The translations under genes were made by a program, and so were the position numbers. The notes below the pieces were generated by a model that was given only the letters and a program-made list of their open reading frames with translations, searched no databases and had not been told where the DNA came from. Positions 50,321 to 63,186 of a DNA stretch of 64,000 nt are shown here, piece by piece. Source of the stretch: Vicugna vicugna (taxonomy: Eukaryota); the NCBI GenBank assembly GCA_013265495.1, contig MU058000.1, forward strand, positions 930,001 through 994,000, given 5' to 3'. Positions within the stretch are counted from its first letter, which is position 1, and each line of letters begins with the position of its first letter.

Positions 50321-50389
50321 CCAGAATGACCTGTGCTCTTGGTGGGCTGGATAATTGAACAACTAAACTTTCTTCCTGAGAATCTACCA

Positions 50390-51725
50390 CATGCAAGGGA
50401 TGTGTTGGACTCTGCTGTTGATGACATGATGGAGAAGGTTGAGTTATGGCCTTCAATGGCTGTGATATCGCATTGGAGCTGAAGCATACTCATCGAGAAC
50501 TGTAATGAAGATACAATTCGATATGCACAGGGAAGCAGTTATAGAAAAAAATGCTATCAAGTTCAGAAGACGGGAATCCTTTTGACAGGGTGATCATGAA
50601 AAGTTTTAGAAGGAGCTGCTTTGTCCGATAGACCTAGGGAAATGGTTATGGTTCAATTGACAAGGGATTTTTAGCAAAAGATACAGCATGACTGAAATAT
50701 GTTTATTAGGAATTTATATGACTTTAGTGGGTTGTTTGGAGGAGGGCTCGTGGAAGAGTAGAGAGTAATCTGAATTGGTGGGTTGGAGCCAGAACATGGC
50801 CACTGGATGTCAGGTCATGAAATTGACAGTGGGGAGCTCTACAGGAGTTTCGAACAGTGATATGTCATGGTCAGAGCTGTCCCTTTGGAACACTAGTGAC
50901 GTGGACACAGTGTGCCAGATAGACAGTGTCAGGTGTGGCTCTGAAGGGTCGAGACCGTGCGGCCACAGTTATGATTCAGTTGCCGTCGTAAGAGTCTATG
51001 TAACAAGGGATAGTAGTAATGAGAAGGAAGCTCTTTCTGTGAACGTGTCTCTCCAGTGCCAGGAGACATTTGATTTATTCTTTTCACTTACTCATTAATT
51101 CTTTCAACACGTACTACTTACTCAGTGGCTACTACATGCCAAGCAAAGTGCTGGGATAAAGAAAAACTACATAATGCCCTTGCCCTAAACATTATTGTCT
51201 CGTAGCAAGCGATGAGTAAGCTGTTTGCCCTGCAGATACGAGATGGGGTTTGGGAGGGGGGCCAGCTCAGGATGGAGGAGTAGACACATGGGGGTGTGTT
51301 TGGAATCTCAAGTAGTTCACATGCGTGGTCTTCCGGGAACATCAGATAAATGGTCAGGGGTGAGATCATAGGCTTGTTTAAAGATTAAATTTAGTCTTTA
51401 TTCTGTAGGGATTGAAGAGTCACCAAACTCCTTTAAGAGGAGGAGTAATAAAATAAAATGTTGCAGTTTAGAAAGGTTGCTCCGGTGACAATGTGGAAGA
51501 AATATTGGAGAGTTAGGGACTGAGAATGAGTTTAGTCGTAAGAGGATCATTTAGGAGCCTGTGGCAATGGTCCAGGTAGAAGGTGAAATGGGACCATCAG
51601 CGGGGCTGGAGAGGGGAGCAGATATGAAAGACGTGAAGACACAGAATCAGGAGGATTCGGGCATTAATTGGATGTAGATGATGAAAAAAGAGTTAAGGCT
51701 GACCTTCAGATTTATAGTTTGGGGT
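50390..51725 (-). mobile_element. Two L2 fragments
   Basis: cagtgatatgtcatggtcagagctgt; second copy starts ttcacttactcattaattctttcaaca..tacatgccaagcaaagtgctgggata; tttagaaaggttgctccggtgaca. Confidence 0.7.
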
Positions 51726-52867
51726 CTGGTTGTCTGCCAAGGAATGAAGCCCAGGTTCTGTGGTCTCATTTACCTCTAGTCCATGTGGGCTGGTTTTACC
51801 GTGCAGTTGCTTAAAATGGAAGTAACAGACCTAACCTCTGTGCCTTACAGACACAAATAAATGTATTCAATCAGACAGACCGGGAATATGTGTGGTCAGC
51901 TACGGGCGATGCAGTGTTCCTGGTTAGCTCTCTCTTCCATCTCGATGTGGCCGCTCACAGATGTGGTTTGTCCCTCCTCCCAGAGTGCCATCAGAGGAGG
52001 GAGCAGAGGTCAGATGTCCATGCAGCTCTCCACCTGGACCATGCCAAATACATTTTTAAAGCACCTTTTTAGCATCTTCTGAGTTTGGGGGCTATCATTT
52101 AAAATGGCTGCTAATCTGGGAAGAAGTTGTCACTCCTTTATCTGCAGGGAGCCAGCAGGGAAGCATCTAGCAAACTGGTTAACAGTTGGACTGCAGAAGA
52201 ATCGTGGACAGTCTGGGGTTGACTGCTGCAGTGAAACCTTGGCAGTCGAAGCAGCAAGGAAATGAGGCAAAGCTTCAAAGGTGTGGGCATAACACAAAAG
52301 GGAATCCTCAGATTGGCTGGCCTGTGTGTCATGGGAGATGCTGTGAGCCGTGATTTCATATCATGGGTCTCTTTTCTTATTTCTCACAGGAAGCTTTTCT
52401 GTATCTCAAGTGCTTCCCTCTAAGCCTGAAAAAGGATAGAAATCATCCAGTGTCATGGGTAAAACATCCCAGTGGACATCATTTCAGGGTTTTAGTAGCC
52501 ATCTGTGGAATCTCAATTGGGCTATTGTAACTGCTGGTAGTTCCTCTTTAGGGAAAATGAAGCAATTGTGACCTTGGTAATAGGCTTTGGAGATAAAATT
52601 CCATACCCGCTTTGTCTAATTTTTTCCACTAGTGGATCAAATTTTGGCATGCTGGAACCTTAACCTTTACGGAAAATGAAGTTAAAAGTGGTCCATAACG
52701 TGAATGGTAAGAATGGTATAAATATGGGTCTGCATCCTGGGGTTCAAGGGAGAGTCCTGCTTCAGTCTACAGGATGTGAGGCAAAAATGAGTTTCTCTAC
52801 CAAGAAAATGTGGGGTACCTGGCATTATATATTAATTTGATCACTTTATTATGCCCTGGGCCAGAAA

Positions 52868-52988
52868 ATACCCAGGTCAGGGGACTTGTCTATTTCATTT
52901 TTCACTGTATCTCAGTGCCTGAACATTGTGGGATCTGTAGAGGCTCTCCATAAATATTTGTGGAATGATTGAATGATGGACAAATGAA
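52868..52988 (+). mobile_element. L2 3' end
   Basis: ggggacttgtct..ttcactgtatctcagtgcct...ataaatatttgtggaatgattgaatga. Confidence 0.8.
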
Positions 52989-53561
52989 CTCAGGAGGTAT
53001 GTGAAGTCCAAAGAAGTTAAAAGAAGAATCCAGAGAGTTGTCATATTCAGAAGAGTCAGAAATGGAGCTGGAGCTGGGGTAGGAAAGAGGTGTCCAGCAG
53101 GTCAAAGGCACAAGAGGTGGGATGGAGAGTCATGGAAAAGAGGTGTGTTCACATGGAGGGGTGGGGGCAAGAGAAGTGGGTGGGAGGGTGTAGGCTGCTG
53201 AGGCATGGTGGGGTCAGCTGGCCTCAAAAAGACAGAACAGAAGGTGTGAACTCCAGCATTTTGTTTTTGGTCTTAAACATGGCCTTATGGAAACAATTTG
53301 TCATATCCACTCTGAATTTTCCAGAGAATTTAAAACACCCCTTGATCTACCCATCTTCTACATTTATTTCAGAATAATGGACCATGTCTTACTTTGCACA
53401 GTTTTGGTAAAACTCTTAGCTCTTGTAAAACACAACTGAAAGGGGAACCAGTATTTACGAAGCCTCTACCCTGGGCTCAACCTCACATTAAGTGTTGCCA
53501 GGGTGCCCCCATGGCTTGGCATTTCCAACGTTGAAACTTACAGTCTGTCTGGTACCACCCA

Positions 53562-53755
53562 AAGAGCTTTACCTGTATTATTCATTTAATTCTCACAATA
53601 GTCCTGCAGGCTAGAGATTAACTATCTGTATTTTACCAGTGAGGACTCTGAGGTTAAATAACTTGCTCAAGATCATATTGGGAACAGGTGATGAAGGTGA
53701 AATTTGAAGTCAGATTTGCTTTACTTCCAAGTCTATGTTAATAAGAGCACATAAC
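53562..53755 (-). mobile_element. MIR SINE
   Basis: tcatttaattctcacaatagtcctg...gaggactctgaggttaaataacttgctcaagatcat. Confidence 0.8.
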
Positions 53756-54199
53756 ATGGAAGGAGCAGAGTCCAGCTGCCCAGATCCTGCTCTAACCATG
53801 AGTATTCAGCAATGCCTCGTGGCTGTGTTGCCCTGACAGGGAACCAAATCCTGCCTCTCACACAGGTCCTCAGTGCTTTTGCACATTCTTTTTTGCTGAT
53901 CTTATTTATTTTATTTTTCGCTTTAACACCCATAATTAGATCCAAGGCTTGGCTTCTTTGGCAGACTTGTTTTTGTAGCACAAAAGGAGCTTAATGTCAG
54001 CTCAACAACTTGATAAGTCTAGTGCCAATTTTTACAGTGGAAAAGGAAACTTCTAGATTCAAAATTAAATACAGTGCTTTGAGAACCGAGACAAAATGAC
54101 CTTATGTCTGCGTGTTGAAGGTGTGATTGGGGAACAAAGGATCTCTTAATGATTTAGTTAGCATGCAGTGAGATAGACAAGTTGACAGGTGGCTGCTAA

Positions 54200-54699
54200 G
54201 GCAGGGCTGCTCTGGTGCCCTGGGGCCCCGCAGACCTCCTTCGCTTTCAGCTGTGGTTGTGGGGACCACTCTGTGTGAGCTCTGTTTCTCTTGTGCTAAC
54301 AGTGTTCTGCTTGAAGCATAAGCTGTGTGATTCCACTTCCTGTCCTAGTGACTAGGAGCCCACTCAGTATGCAAAAGCACAGCTGGAGAGTGTGTGTGTA
54401 TGTATGTATATTCTTGGGGGGCAACCTCCAACAGTGGGGGCTGAGAGCCAATGACAAATGCTCCAGCCTCTGATCCATACAGGCAGGTAATTTTAGAAGG
54501 CTTTCTGCATGGTTCTCAGAGGGTCCCAGTGTACTTAAGAGCAGTGACCTCAATAGTGCACCCCTTCATTGACTTCTCCATCCTTTTCTCACTTTTTGCC
54601 TTTTCTCATTTCTGTTTCCTGGGATTTACCTCCCCAATAAATTACTCATACCAAGTTCTTGCCTCAGACTTTGCTTTTGGGAGAATGCAAACTGAGATA
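54200..54699 (+). mobile_element. ERVL solo LTR, LTR16-like
   Basis: ggggcaacctccaacag...ttcctgggatttacctccccaataaattact...tcagactttgcttttgggagaatgcaaactgagata. Confidence 0.75.
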
Positions 54700-55553
54700 T
54701 CTATATAGACTTGAAACAGAATTTTTAGCACAGAGGGAATCAATCTCTTAGCAACTCACTCTAACCAAACTCACGTGAGACTGATGTATAAAACACAATG
54801 ACAAATATTAATTTATGAAGATGACTATACTACCAGGTGGACCAGAACACTCATGTCTGCTGGACAGAGTACATTCTGCTTCTGGACAGAGTTGGTGATA
54901 GACTGATATTCCTGCTCTTTGACTTCTCTTTTTCTAACGTCCATGTGAGTAACTTCTGCTCTGTTTAGGCATCCCTTCCTTGGATGTGTTTAGGCTGTAG
55001 CTTTCTCTTACATACAAGAAAATTTCCATTTGATTTTCAAAATCTGCTTATTAGTCTCTTTGGTTGCATTTTGAGTTTACAATTCTCAGGGACTCATTTT
55101 ACTGAATTTCCTGGTACTGATGGAAATTTCCTTGTGCTTTACCGTCCTCAGCCACCTTCTTTTGATGGAGTGAGAATATGGAAAATACAGAAAAAGGAGA
55201 AAAGTGTAGGGGAAAGCACATGAATACCTTTCTGTTTAAAGCTCAGTACACAGAGTGACATTTACAGTGATGACTTGGCAGCATCCAAAACCATTTCAGT
55301 ATCCTCTGTAAGAGCTTAGAAAAATTTTTATCCTCAAACAGTTAAAACAAACATGTTTGCAAGTCAAAGATTTAATCCTCAGTTATCTGAGACTCATTTG
55401 TAACTGGAAGCATATTCCCTGATAATTGTGGATAAGCACATATAACGTGTGTCTCTTGAATATTCATTTTGCAGAAGGAAGTCATTGCTGGCATTGTCTC
55501 TGTAAGTTCCTGCTTCCTTCCATTCTTACTGCCGTAGCCCATTTTGATCTTTT

Positions 55554-56537
55554 TTTTTTTTAACATTTTTTATTGATTCATAATCATTTTACAGTGTTGT
55601 GTCAAATTCCACTGTAGAGCATAGTTTTTCAGTTGTACATGAACATATATATATTCATTGGCACATTTTTTTCTCTGTGAGCTACCATAAGATCTTGTGT
55701 ATATTTCCCTGTGCTATACAGTATAATCTTGTTTATCTGTTCTACAATTTTGAAATCCCATCTATCCCTTCCCACCCTCCACCCCCTTGGCAACCACAAG
55801 TTTGTATTCTATGTCTGTGAGTCTGTTTCTGTTTTGTATTTATGCTTTGTTTGTTTGTTTCTGTTTTTGTTTTTTTTTTCAGATTCCACATATGAGCGAT
55901 CTCATATGGTATTTTTCTTTCTCTTTCTGGCTTACTTCACTTAGAATGACATTCTCCAGGAGCATCCATGTTGCTGCAAATGGCATTATGTTGTCGGTTT
56001 TTAAGGCTGAGTAAGTATTCCATTGTATAAATATACCACAGCTTCTTTATCCAGTCATTTGTTGATGGACATTTAGGATGTCTCCATGTCTTGGCTATTG
56101 TAAATAGTGCTGCTATGAACATTGGGGTGCAGGTGTCATCCTGAACTAGGGTTCCTTCTGGATATATGCCCAGAAGCGGGATTCCTGGGTCATACAAGAA
56201 GTCTATTCTTAGTCTTTTGAGGAATCTCCATACTATTTTCCACAGTGGCTGCACCAGACTGCATTCCCACCAGCAGTGTAGGAGGGTTCCCCTTTCTCCA
56301 CAGCCTCTCCAGCATTTGTCATTTGTGGATTGTTGAATGATGGCCATTCTGACTGGTGTGAGGTGATACCTCATTGTAGTTTTGATATGCATTTCTCTGA
56401 TAATTAGTGATATTGAGCACTTTTTCATGTGCCTATTGATCATTTGTATGTCTTCCTTGGAGAATTGCTTGTTTAAGTCTTTTGCCCATTTTTGGGTTGG
56501 GTTGTTTGGTTGTTTCTTATTAAGTCATAAGAGCTGC
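55554..56537 (-). mobile_element. Young 5'-truncated LINE-1 (ORF2 C-terminus, 3' UTR, poly-A) with perfect TSD
   Basis: Identical 16-bp flanks cccattttgatctttt at 55538-55553 and 56538-56553; T-tract at the left end. Confidence 0.95.
55937..56537 (-). pseudogene. LINE-1 ORF2p C-terminal fragment (cysteine-rich domain), frameshifted near the end
   Basis: ORF track: [88 protein letters not shown]. Confidence 0.95.
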
Positions 56538-56848
56538 CCCATTTTGATCTTTTCCTTTCCCTCGGCTATGTCAAGAGCTTCCAAACAGTCTCCTTGATTA
56601 CAAGGAACCTTCTAATCCATCCTTTACAACAATGCCAGGGAGATCTTTTTGTTACAGGTATCTGATGGTGTCATAGTCTTGCTTAAAACCCACCAATGGC
56701 TCTGGGTAGGTATAACTGATGCTTACCAATATTTTCAGATCTCCTCTCCTTGCATAAATATTTGAGAAGTGTTTTGCTTCCTCCTTGAATTCAGGCGTGG
56801 CCATATGATTTGCTTTGCCATCTCTGGTGACTTTCAGGTGAAATCTCC

Positions 56849-57239
56849 TGCTATGGACTGTCTCCTCAAAATGTGTATGTTGAAACCCTAGTGTTTAAGG
56901 TGACTCTGTCTGGAGTAGGGTCTTTGGGCAGTAATTCAGGTTAAATTAGGTCAAAGGGTGGGGTCCTAATCCGATGTGGCTGTGGCTTTATAAGAAGAGG
57001 AAGATCTCTCTCTCTTTGTCTCTCTGTCTCTCTCCCTCTTCCTGTTACTTCCTGCCATGTGAGGACTCCATGAGAAGGTGGGTGTCTGCAAGCCAGGAAG
57101 AGAACTTTCACCCGAATTAGACCTGTAGGAATCCTGATCTCAGACTTCCAGCCTTCAGGACTGTGACAAAATAAATTTCTGTTGCTTGAGCCACTCAGTC
57201 TGTGGTGTTCTGTTATGGTAACCTTAGCTAATTAATATA
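56849..57239 (+). mobile_element. MaLR LTR, MLT1A-like, apparently nested in an older MLT1 LTR (56715-57300)
   Basis: tgctatggactg...atgttgaaaccct...gacttccagccttcaggactgtgacaaaataaatttctgttg. Confidence 0.85.
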
Positions 57240-57302
57240 GCTCTCTTTTGATTTGTTAAACTGTGAAGCTTTGTCTTGACATAACAAATTTTGTGGTCTG
57301 AG

Positions 57303-57772
57303 TGTAGTCAACAGAATAATGAACTCCCAAAGATGTCCATGTCATAATCCCTGGAGCTTGTGCATGTATTATTACCTGATATGGCAAAAGGAACTTTGCA
57401 GATATGATTAAGGTTACAAGCTTTGAGATGTGGAGATTATCCCAGGTTATCTGGGTGGGCCCAAACTAATCATGACTCCTTAAAAGTGGAGAACTTTCTG
57501 GCTACAGTCAGACAAATGAGAAGCGGTAGGAATGGTCAGATAAATGCTCTGAAGATGGAGGAGAGGAGCCACAAACCAAGGGATTCAGGCTGCTTCTAGA
57601 ATCTGGAAAAGGCTAGGAAATAGGTACTTCCCTGGAACCTCCCAAAAGGAGTGCATCTTGATTTTAGCCCAGTGAGACCTGTTTTGGTTTTCTGAACTAC
57701 AGAATCACAAAATAATAAATTTATGTTGTTTCAAGCCAGTAAGCGTGTAGTAATTTGTTACAGCAGCAATAT
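57303..57772 (+). mobile_element. MaLR LTR, MLT1D-like
   Basis: cagaataatgaactcccaaagatgtccatgtc...ggcaaaaggaactttgcagatatgattaagg...ttgattttagcccagtgagacc...taatttgttacagcagcaat. Confidence 0.9.
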
Positions 57773-57789
57773 TTTCTGTTTTATTTCTC

Positions 57790-57930
57790 GTATATTGATT
57801 ATGATAAATTGTATAAATGGCCACAGAGTCTTCCTTTATTGCATCCACATCTTTACTAGATGACATTGTAGCTTCTTCTATCAAGAGGCGAGACTGTATC
57901 TCCATGCCTTGAATCTGGGTTGGTCCTTCT
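57790..57930 (+). mobile_element. MaLR LTR 5' fragment, MLT1F/G-like
   Basis: aaatggccaca...tgacattgtagcttcttctatcaagaggcgagactgtatctccatgccttgaatctgggttgg. Confidence 0.65.
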
Positions 57931-58834
57931 TCCCCTTTCTGAATGGGAATTATCATTGAAGTCATCTGGTCCTTGTTCCACCACTGTGTGTGGAAAGTCT
58001 CTGGTGATAGTGGTGATGGGGAGACAGGGTGATGGTTCAGCCAACATAACTTTTTTAGTTTCCAGGTGTCCAGTGGGAGCTATGTGTCAGGATCTGATGG
58101 AAAGACCATTGCAGTCCCTCCCTCCCTTCCAGTGAAGAGACTGCTGAAAGCTACCAGTGTCCTGAACTTTGAGCTCAATGCTATGATTGGCTGGGTCCCT
58201 AGAGAACTTTAAGAAGGGGAAGGAGTTCTGCGGAGGCTGTGTCCTACTCTTTGCCAACTCTGAGGTCAGGGGAAGGGAAGAACCATAAATGCATGAAGTC
58301 GGTAAGGCGGGATAAGGAGGAAGGGCGGGTTCAGGCCCAGGGCTCTGTGGGAAGAAGACGTAGAGAATATTGGGGCATGAGTTGGGCACGGGATATTTCT
58401 TGGACTTATGTTGTGAAAAGCCAGTGTAATGCCTCTAAAGGGCGCACTGGCAGAATGGAAAAGAATGTACTCAGACCCCACTAGCCAGGGAGGAGACAGG
58501 AACAGTACAAGTGGATGCAGTGACTGAAAGCAACAGAGGCTTGGGGCTTGATTAAGTAACCCAATGCACCAAGCCCTCAGGAGTTAGTGTGGAATTGAGG
58601 TATTGCAAAATAATTGCTTTTGTAATGACCCTGAGTTATGTGGGGGAAAAAGTTATATTTTGAATATGCTTTTTAAAAAGTTAGGCCGGTATATAAATAT
58701 ACTTCATGAAAATCACAAGGTACTTAGAGCGAAAATAAAACCTTTAAGGATTTAAAAGAAGAGAGTTTCATTTATCTGGAACACTCATTTATAGAGAAAA
58801 ATGAATTCTCTGATGATTTATTCATGCCGTAGAT

Positions 58835-59021
58835 CGGGGGTGGGTGAAATCTGGCCTGCGGACCAAACTGGTCGACACCTGTTCATACACTGCCTGTGGC
58901 TGCTTTTGGGCTGCAGTGCAGGGTGGCGGAATAGTTGAGTAGTTGCAACCAAGACTGCCTGGCCTGTTAGCCTGAAATATTTACTCTCTGGCCCTTTACA
59001 GAAAATGTTTGCTGACTCCTG
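58835..59021. mobile_element. MER58A-type hAT-Charlie MITE
   Basis: gttgagtagttgcaac...gcctgaaatatttactctctggccctttacagaaaatgtttgctgactcctg; flanks ccgtagat/cattagat (6/8). Confidence 0.85.
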
Positions 59022-59045
59022 CATTAGATATTTATTGTGCATCTC

Positions 59046-59240
59046 CAGTGTTCCTGCAATTTTGCTCCAAATGTGCCCAAGTCCTACCTGGAGCCCCCAT
59101 AGTAAAAAGCATCATGGCATCCTGCAAGGTGAACATTCATGAAAAGCCGCCTTGTGGACTAGGGGAGGGGTGGGGGTGTGACTGGTCGGCTCATCCTGCA
59201 GGTGCACAGTGGTCAGTGGCTGGACCCCACACTTTGAGAA
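59046..59240. mobile_element. MER5A-like MITE (degraded)
   Basis: cagtgttcctgcaa start, gaccccacactttgagaa end. Confidence 0.55.
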
Positions 59241-60914
59241 TGTATGAGGATGTGTGCGTAGGAAATCACCAGAGGACTGAGTGCTATGAGATGGTCTCTT
59301 ACAGCTGCTAAGCTTGCTAGTATTTATTTGCAAAAAGTGGTGCAGATCTCATTTACCAGTTAAATATTCCACTGAGGTTTTGCCTTTGTTTCTGAATGAC
59401 ATGCCACTGTTTAAATCAACTTCTTTAGGTTCTGGTGATTCTTAAAGGAAGTCATGCACCAAGCCCCACTTGTCCTAAGGGGTTCCACTTTCCCTGAGGT
59501 GAGAGAGATACATTTTTCAAGGAAAAATGACCTAAGCAGTAAGCAATAATAACAATTGCACATAAGAAGGGCCTCTGGCAAATACTTAACAGCTGGAGGA
59601 GTTGAGGACCTCTAACCTTAATCCAATCATTATCTCCCAGCAATGCCTCACATCGGGAAGGGAGGAAAATGCAAAGAAACTCAGCTATACATACACACAC
59701 AAAACAAACCCACAATTAAGAAAAAATAATAGCTCTCAACACCAAGTAGCTTTTTGCTGTAGACGCTAATTTTTGCCTTGAGTCTTTCCTTATTATGAAA
59801 GATCAGTATAATACTTTATAGGAAAACAAATCACTTTTGTTAACCTTTGGTGGGTGCATAATTAAGAATACAATGTGAAAGATGGCCGTATACTCTGTTC
59901 ACAGAGGTCACGTCTATTAAGACCGGGGAGGGTTTGGAATTACAGCAAGCCAATTCAGAGACGCTAATTAGAAATGCAGCAACCGCTTTTACAGACGTGC
60001 TGAGAGCAGCTAAGCTTTCCAACAATTATTCAAGCTAGAGGGTATGATCTCGTTTTGTCTGGTTCGAAAAGCTTTCTAATTTGAAGAAGAAACTAACAAT
60101 GGTGGAGGCAACCGTTGTGTTAGACCTGAGATGAATTCAGCCCATGACCTTAGCAAGAGGAACTGTCTCTGCTTCTCTGCCTCTGGTAGCATTTCTCAAG
60201 CTGCTTTTTGAGGGATCTGGAGATTTCTTTCAAAGATGCCTGACAGGCATTTACCCTTTGGTAACTCTCCTGTCTGTTGTTTTTTGTATAACTCTTTGGG
60301 TTAACAACCTGGTTAAATTTCAAAATTACCTGTGAATGTAAAAAGCTACAGTTACACACACATTAGAAAATTATATGAATATAGGTTCTTTGTAAGTAGC
60401 CAGTATTTGTTTTTTTCCCTGTTGCCTAGCATGGACTCTGGTGTATAGTAGGAACTGGTGAAGAAATGAATGAATTTCTCAGTTCAACTTGATATTATTT
60501 ATTACAACAGGTAGTTAAAAAAATCATCTGAGAATTTTGCATCCTCATTTCTCACCCTCGCTTCCACACTCTTGGTGCTCTCTGGAGATTTTCTATTTAG
60601 TGGTCTTTGTCCCTGGAGAAGAAAAGTTCTGTTTAGAACCTTCCTCTTGGGTGTGGGTTGAATTGCAGCCCAGTGCATAAAGTACCATCTTAAGTACAGT
60701 GGTCTCTACAAGATCCCTGTCCTGTCAGTCACAGAAAGTGAGTATGATCTCGAGCAATAGCCTCCTGATTACTCCAGGTGGAAGGAGCCTCTTCCTCCTG
60801 GCGCTTTTCTACAGCAGTTTTTGTCCTTTAGGATTTTCAGTGGTTCCTTTATTCATTCAAAGACATTTGTTATTCATTGAAACTATTTAGAATCTTTACA
60901 ATTTTTAGTTCATC

Positions 60915-61115
60915 TCTTGAAGGAGATTCTAAGTGCTGCCATTTACCATTCTTGTGACTTTGGGCAAGTTCTTAAACCTAGCATCAGCTTCCCTATCTGC
61001 CCGTGGGGGTGGTGATAGACTCTGTCTCCTAGGTTGGCTACGAGGATTAGGTATTTTATTCTGTCCAATGGCAAGTGCTCAACATATGTTAACAACTTAA
61101 TAATAATAAATAATG
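60915..61115 (+). mobile_element. MIR SINE
   Basis: tgtgactttgggcaagttcttaaacc...ctcctaggttggctacgaggatta. Confidence 0.75.
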
Positions 61116-61884
61116 TTATGATTCATAATTTTGAGGACAGAAACAATCTCACATTGCACATCAGTGGCACAACGTCCAGTCAATATTTGTCGCATTGGTT
61201 TTATCTTGCACGGAGGCAAGAGGTTTCAGTACAGCTCACAGAATCACTCTGGAGTTGGTATTTCTCTGCGGCATCATCAGACAAGCCGCCTTGGCGGATG
61301 GGAGCCCAGAGTCTTTGATTCGAGTGGCTTAACCTTTGCATTCTTTTCTCGTAGCCTCCGCTTTAAGCACTTAGCTTTCCATCTCCCGTTGTCTCTCAGA
61401 GGATGAGTTGGTTCAGGCTGACCGCTGGCTCCTGATCTTTGGAGAAAGGTTCTCTATAGATCTCTGCACTTATGCACCAACTGTGTAGAACCCTGGCTGT
61501 GCAGAAGAGGAGTTGTACAAACAGCAGCGAAAAGAAGCAGGTGTCCCCGGCCTTCCTGCTAGGTCTTGGAAATGGATGGTAAATGAGGGGGATCTAAGGG
61601 GGCCGTGAAGGACTTCGTTATCAGGATCACAAAATTTTCTCTTACATGGTTTTGAGCACATTCCCACATTTGAAAGAAACACACTACCACATGCTGAATT
61701 GCCTTTCTCTGTGCTGTATTAATACAACGGCAAATAGCAGTTTTGCACACTGGGTCTAATATTTTCATAGTCTAGGTTTGAGCAGAAACTCTCCCTTTTT
61801 GATATGTAATATGGTGTTTGTTGGTTAAATCCCATATCCTTATTAAAAATGTGTCTAAGAGGCAGTCAGGACTGACAGGCACAC

Positions 61885-62340
61885 TCTCCATGCAGGTTAG
61901 CATATTTTGGAAGCTCCAGGCAATGGAAAGGGGACTGGAGCTGGAAAGAGGGGTCAGATTCTAAGGGGCCCTCATGTCTTATCCAGGGAGGGAACTGTCC
62001 CTTCAGGTAACAGGGAACTGCTAAGAGTTTTTAATCAGAAGATTAATACAGTCATATTTGTGTTTGTGCTGCGCTGTGTGTGTGTGTGTGTGTGAGATCA
62101 TGGACAGGATGCAGATTAGTTCAGAGCTAATTCCAGGTGGAGGATGGTGAGAGCTGGGTGCAGGCAGCAGATGTTGAGATGGAGAGGAGACAGGATTTAG
62201 GGAGGAAGCTCTTAGTGACTGGTGTGACTGGTTCTCGGCGGTTGGATGAGAAGGCTTTGGCCGAGTGGAAGATGTTAGGCTCTGAAAGTCTCCTTCACTG
62301 AGGTGGGAAATGCAGGTGGAGGAAGCAGTTTCATGACTTG
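61885..62340 (-). mobile_element. L2 fragment containing a (TG)n microsatellite (62075-62093)
   Basis: agggaactgctaagagtttttaatcagaag; ttcactgaggtgggaaatgcaggtggaggaagcagttt. Confidence 0.6.
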
Positions 62341-62351
62341 AATGATCAACT

Positions 62352-62680
62352 CTAAGTGGATGACTCCCAAATCCATACTTCTAGTCCAGATCTGTATTCT
62401 TCTCTGTTCCAGTTCTTTACTGGATGACTGCATTCAGCCCACAGGCACCTGAAACCCAGCCTGTCACCAAACAGAGATGGTGGTTTTGCTTTCTGAGTCC
62501 TCTCCTCACTCTTGGTTCCCTTGGTGAGTGACCCCAACGTCAATCCTGTTGCTGTCCATCCTCACATTCAGGAATTATCCTTGATGCTCCTTCCTATGTG
62601 ACCTGCATCCAGTTATCCCCAGATTCTGTCCACTTGACATCTTTAATAGCTTTTCAGTTTGTTCATTATTTTCCAGCACC
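62352..62680 (+). mobile_element. L2 fragment with RT motif
   Basis: gtggatgactcccaaatccatacttctagtccagatctg reads VDDSQIHTSSPDL, cf. L2 ADDSQIYISSPDL. Confidence 0.75.
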
Positions 62681-62819
62681 TCTTAGAAGACTAGGAAGTG
62701 GAAGTAAGGTGCTGAGGGGCTTCCAGGACAGGGGCCTGTGTTAGAATTTAAGATTTCAGAGACATTTTGATTCTAAATGATTAAAATGCCTTCATATGCA
62801 GTGGCTGGAGATGGGTGGG

Positions 62820-63186
62820 TGTCTTAGTCTGTTTGGGCTCTTGTGGCAAAAATACCATAGACTCAATGGTTTAAACAACATACATTTATTTCTCACACTT
62901 CTGGACCCCGGAATGTCCACGGTCAAGACATTGGAAGGTTCAATGTTGTGGGTGAGGGCCCATTTCTGGTTCACAGATGGCTGTTTTCTCTCTCTGTTCT
63001 CATATGGCCGAGGGAGTGAAGGAGCTTACTGGGGTCTCATTTATAAGGGCATTAATCGCATTCGTGAGAGTTCCACCCTCATGCCCTAATCACCTCCCCA
63101 AAGCCCCACCTCTTAATGTCATCACATTGGGGGTTAGGATTTCAGTACATGAATTCTGGGAGGACATGAACATTTGGTCCACAATA
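62820..63186 (-). mobile_element. MaLR LTR, MLT1A-like, with perfect 5-bp TSD
   Basis: tgtcttagtctgtttgggct...ccctcatgccctaatcacctccccaaagccccacctc; GTGGG at 62815-62819 and 63187-63191. Confidence 0.9.
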
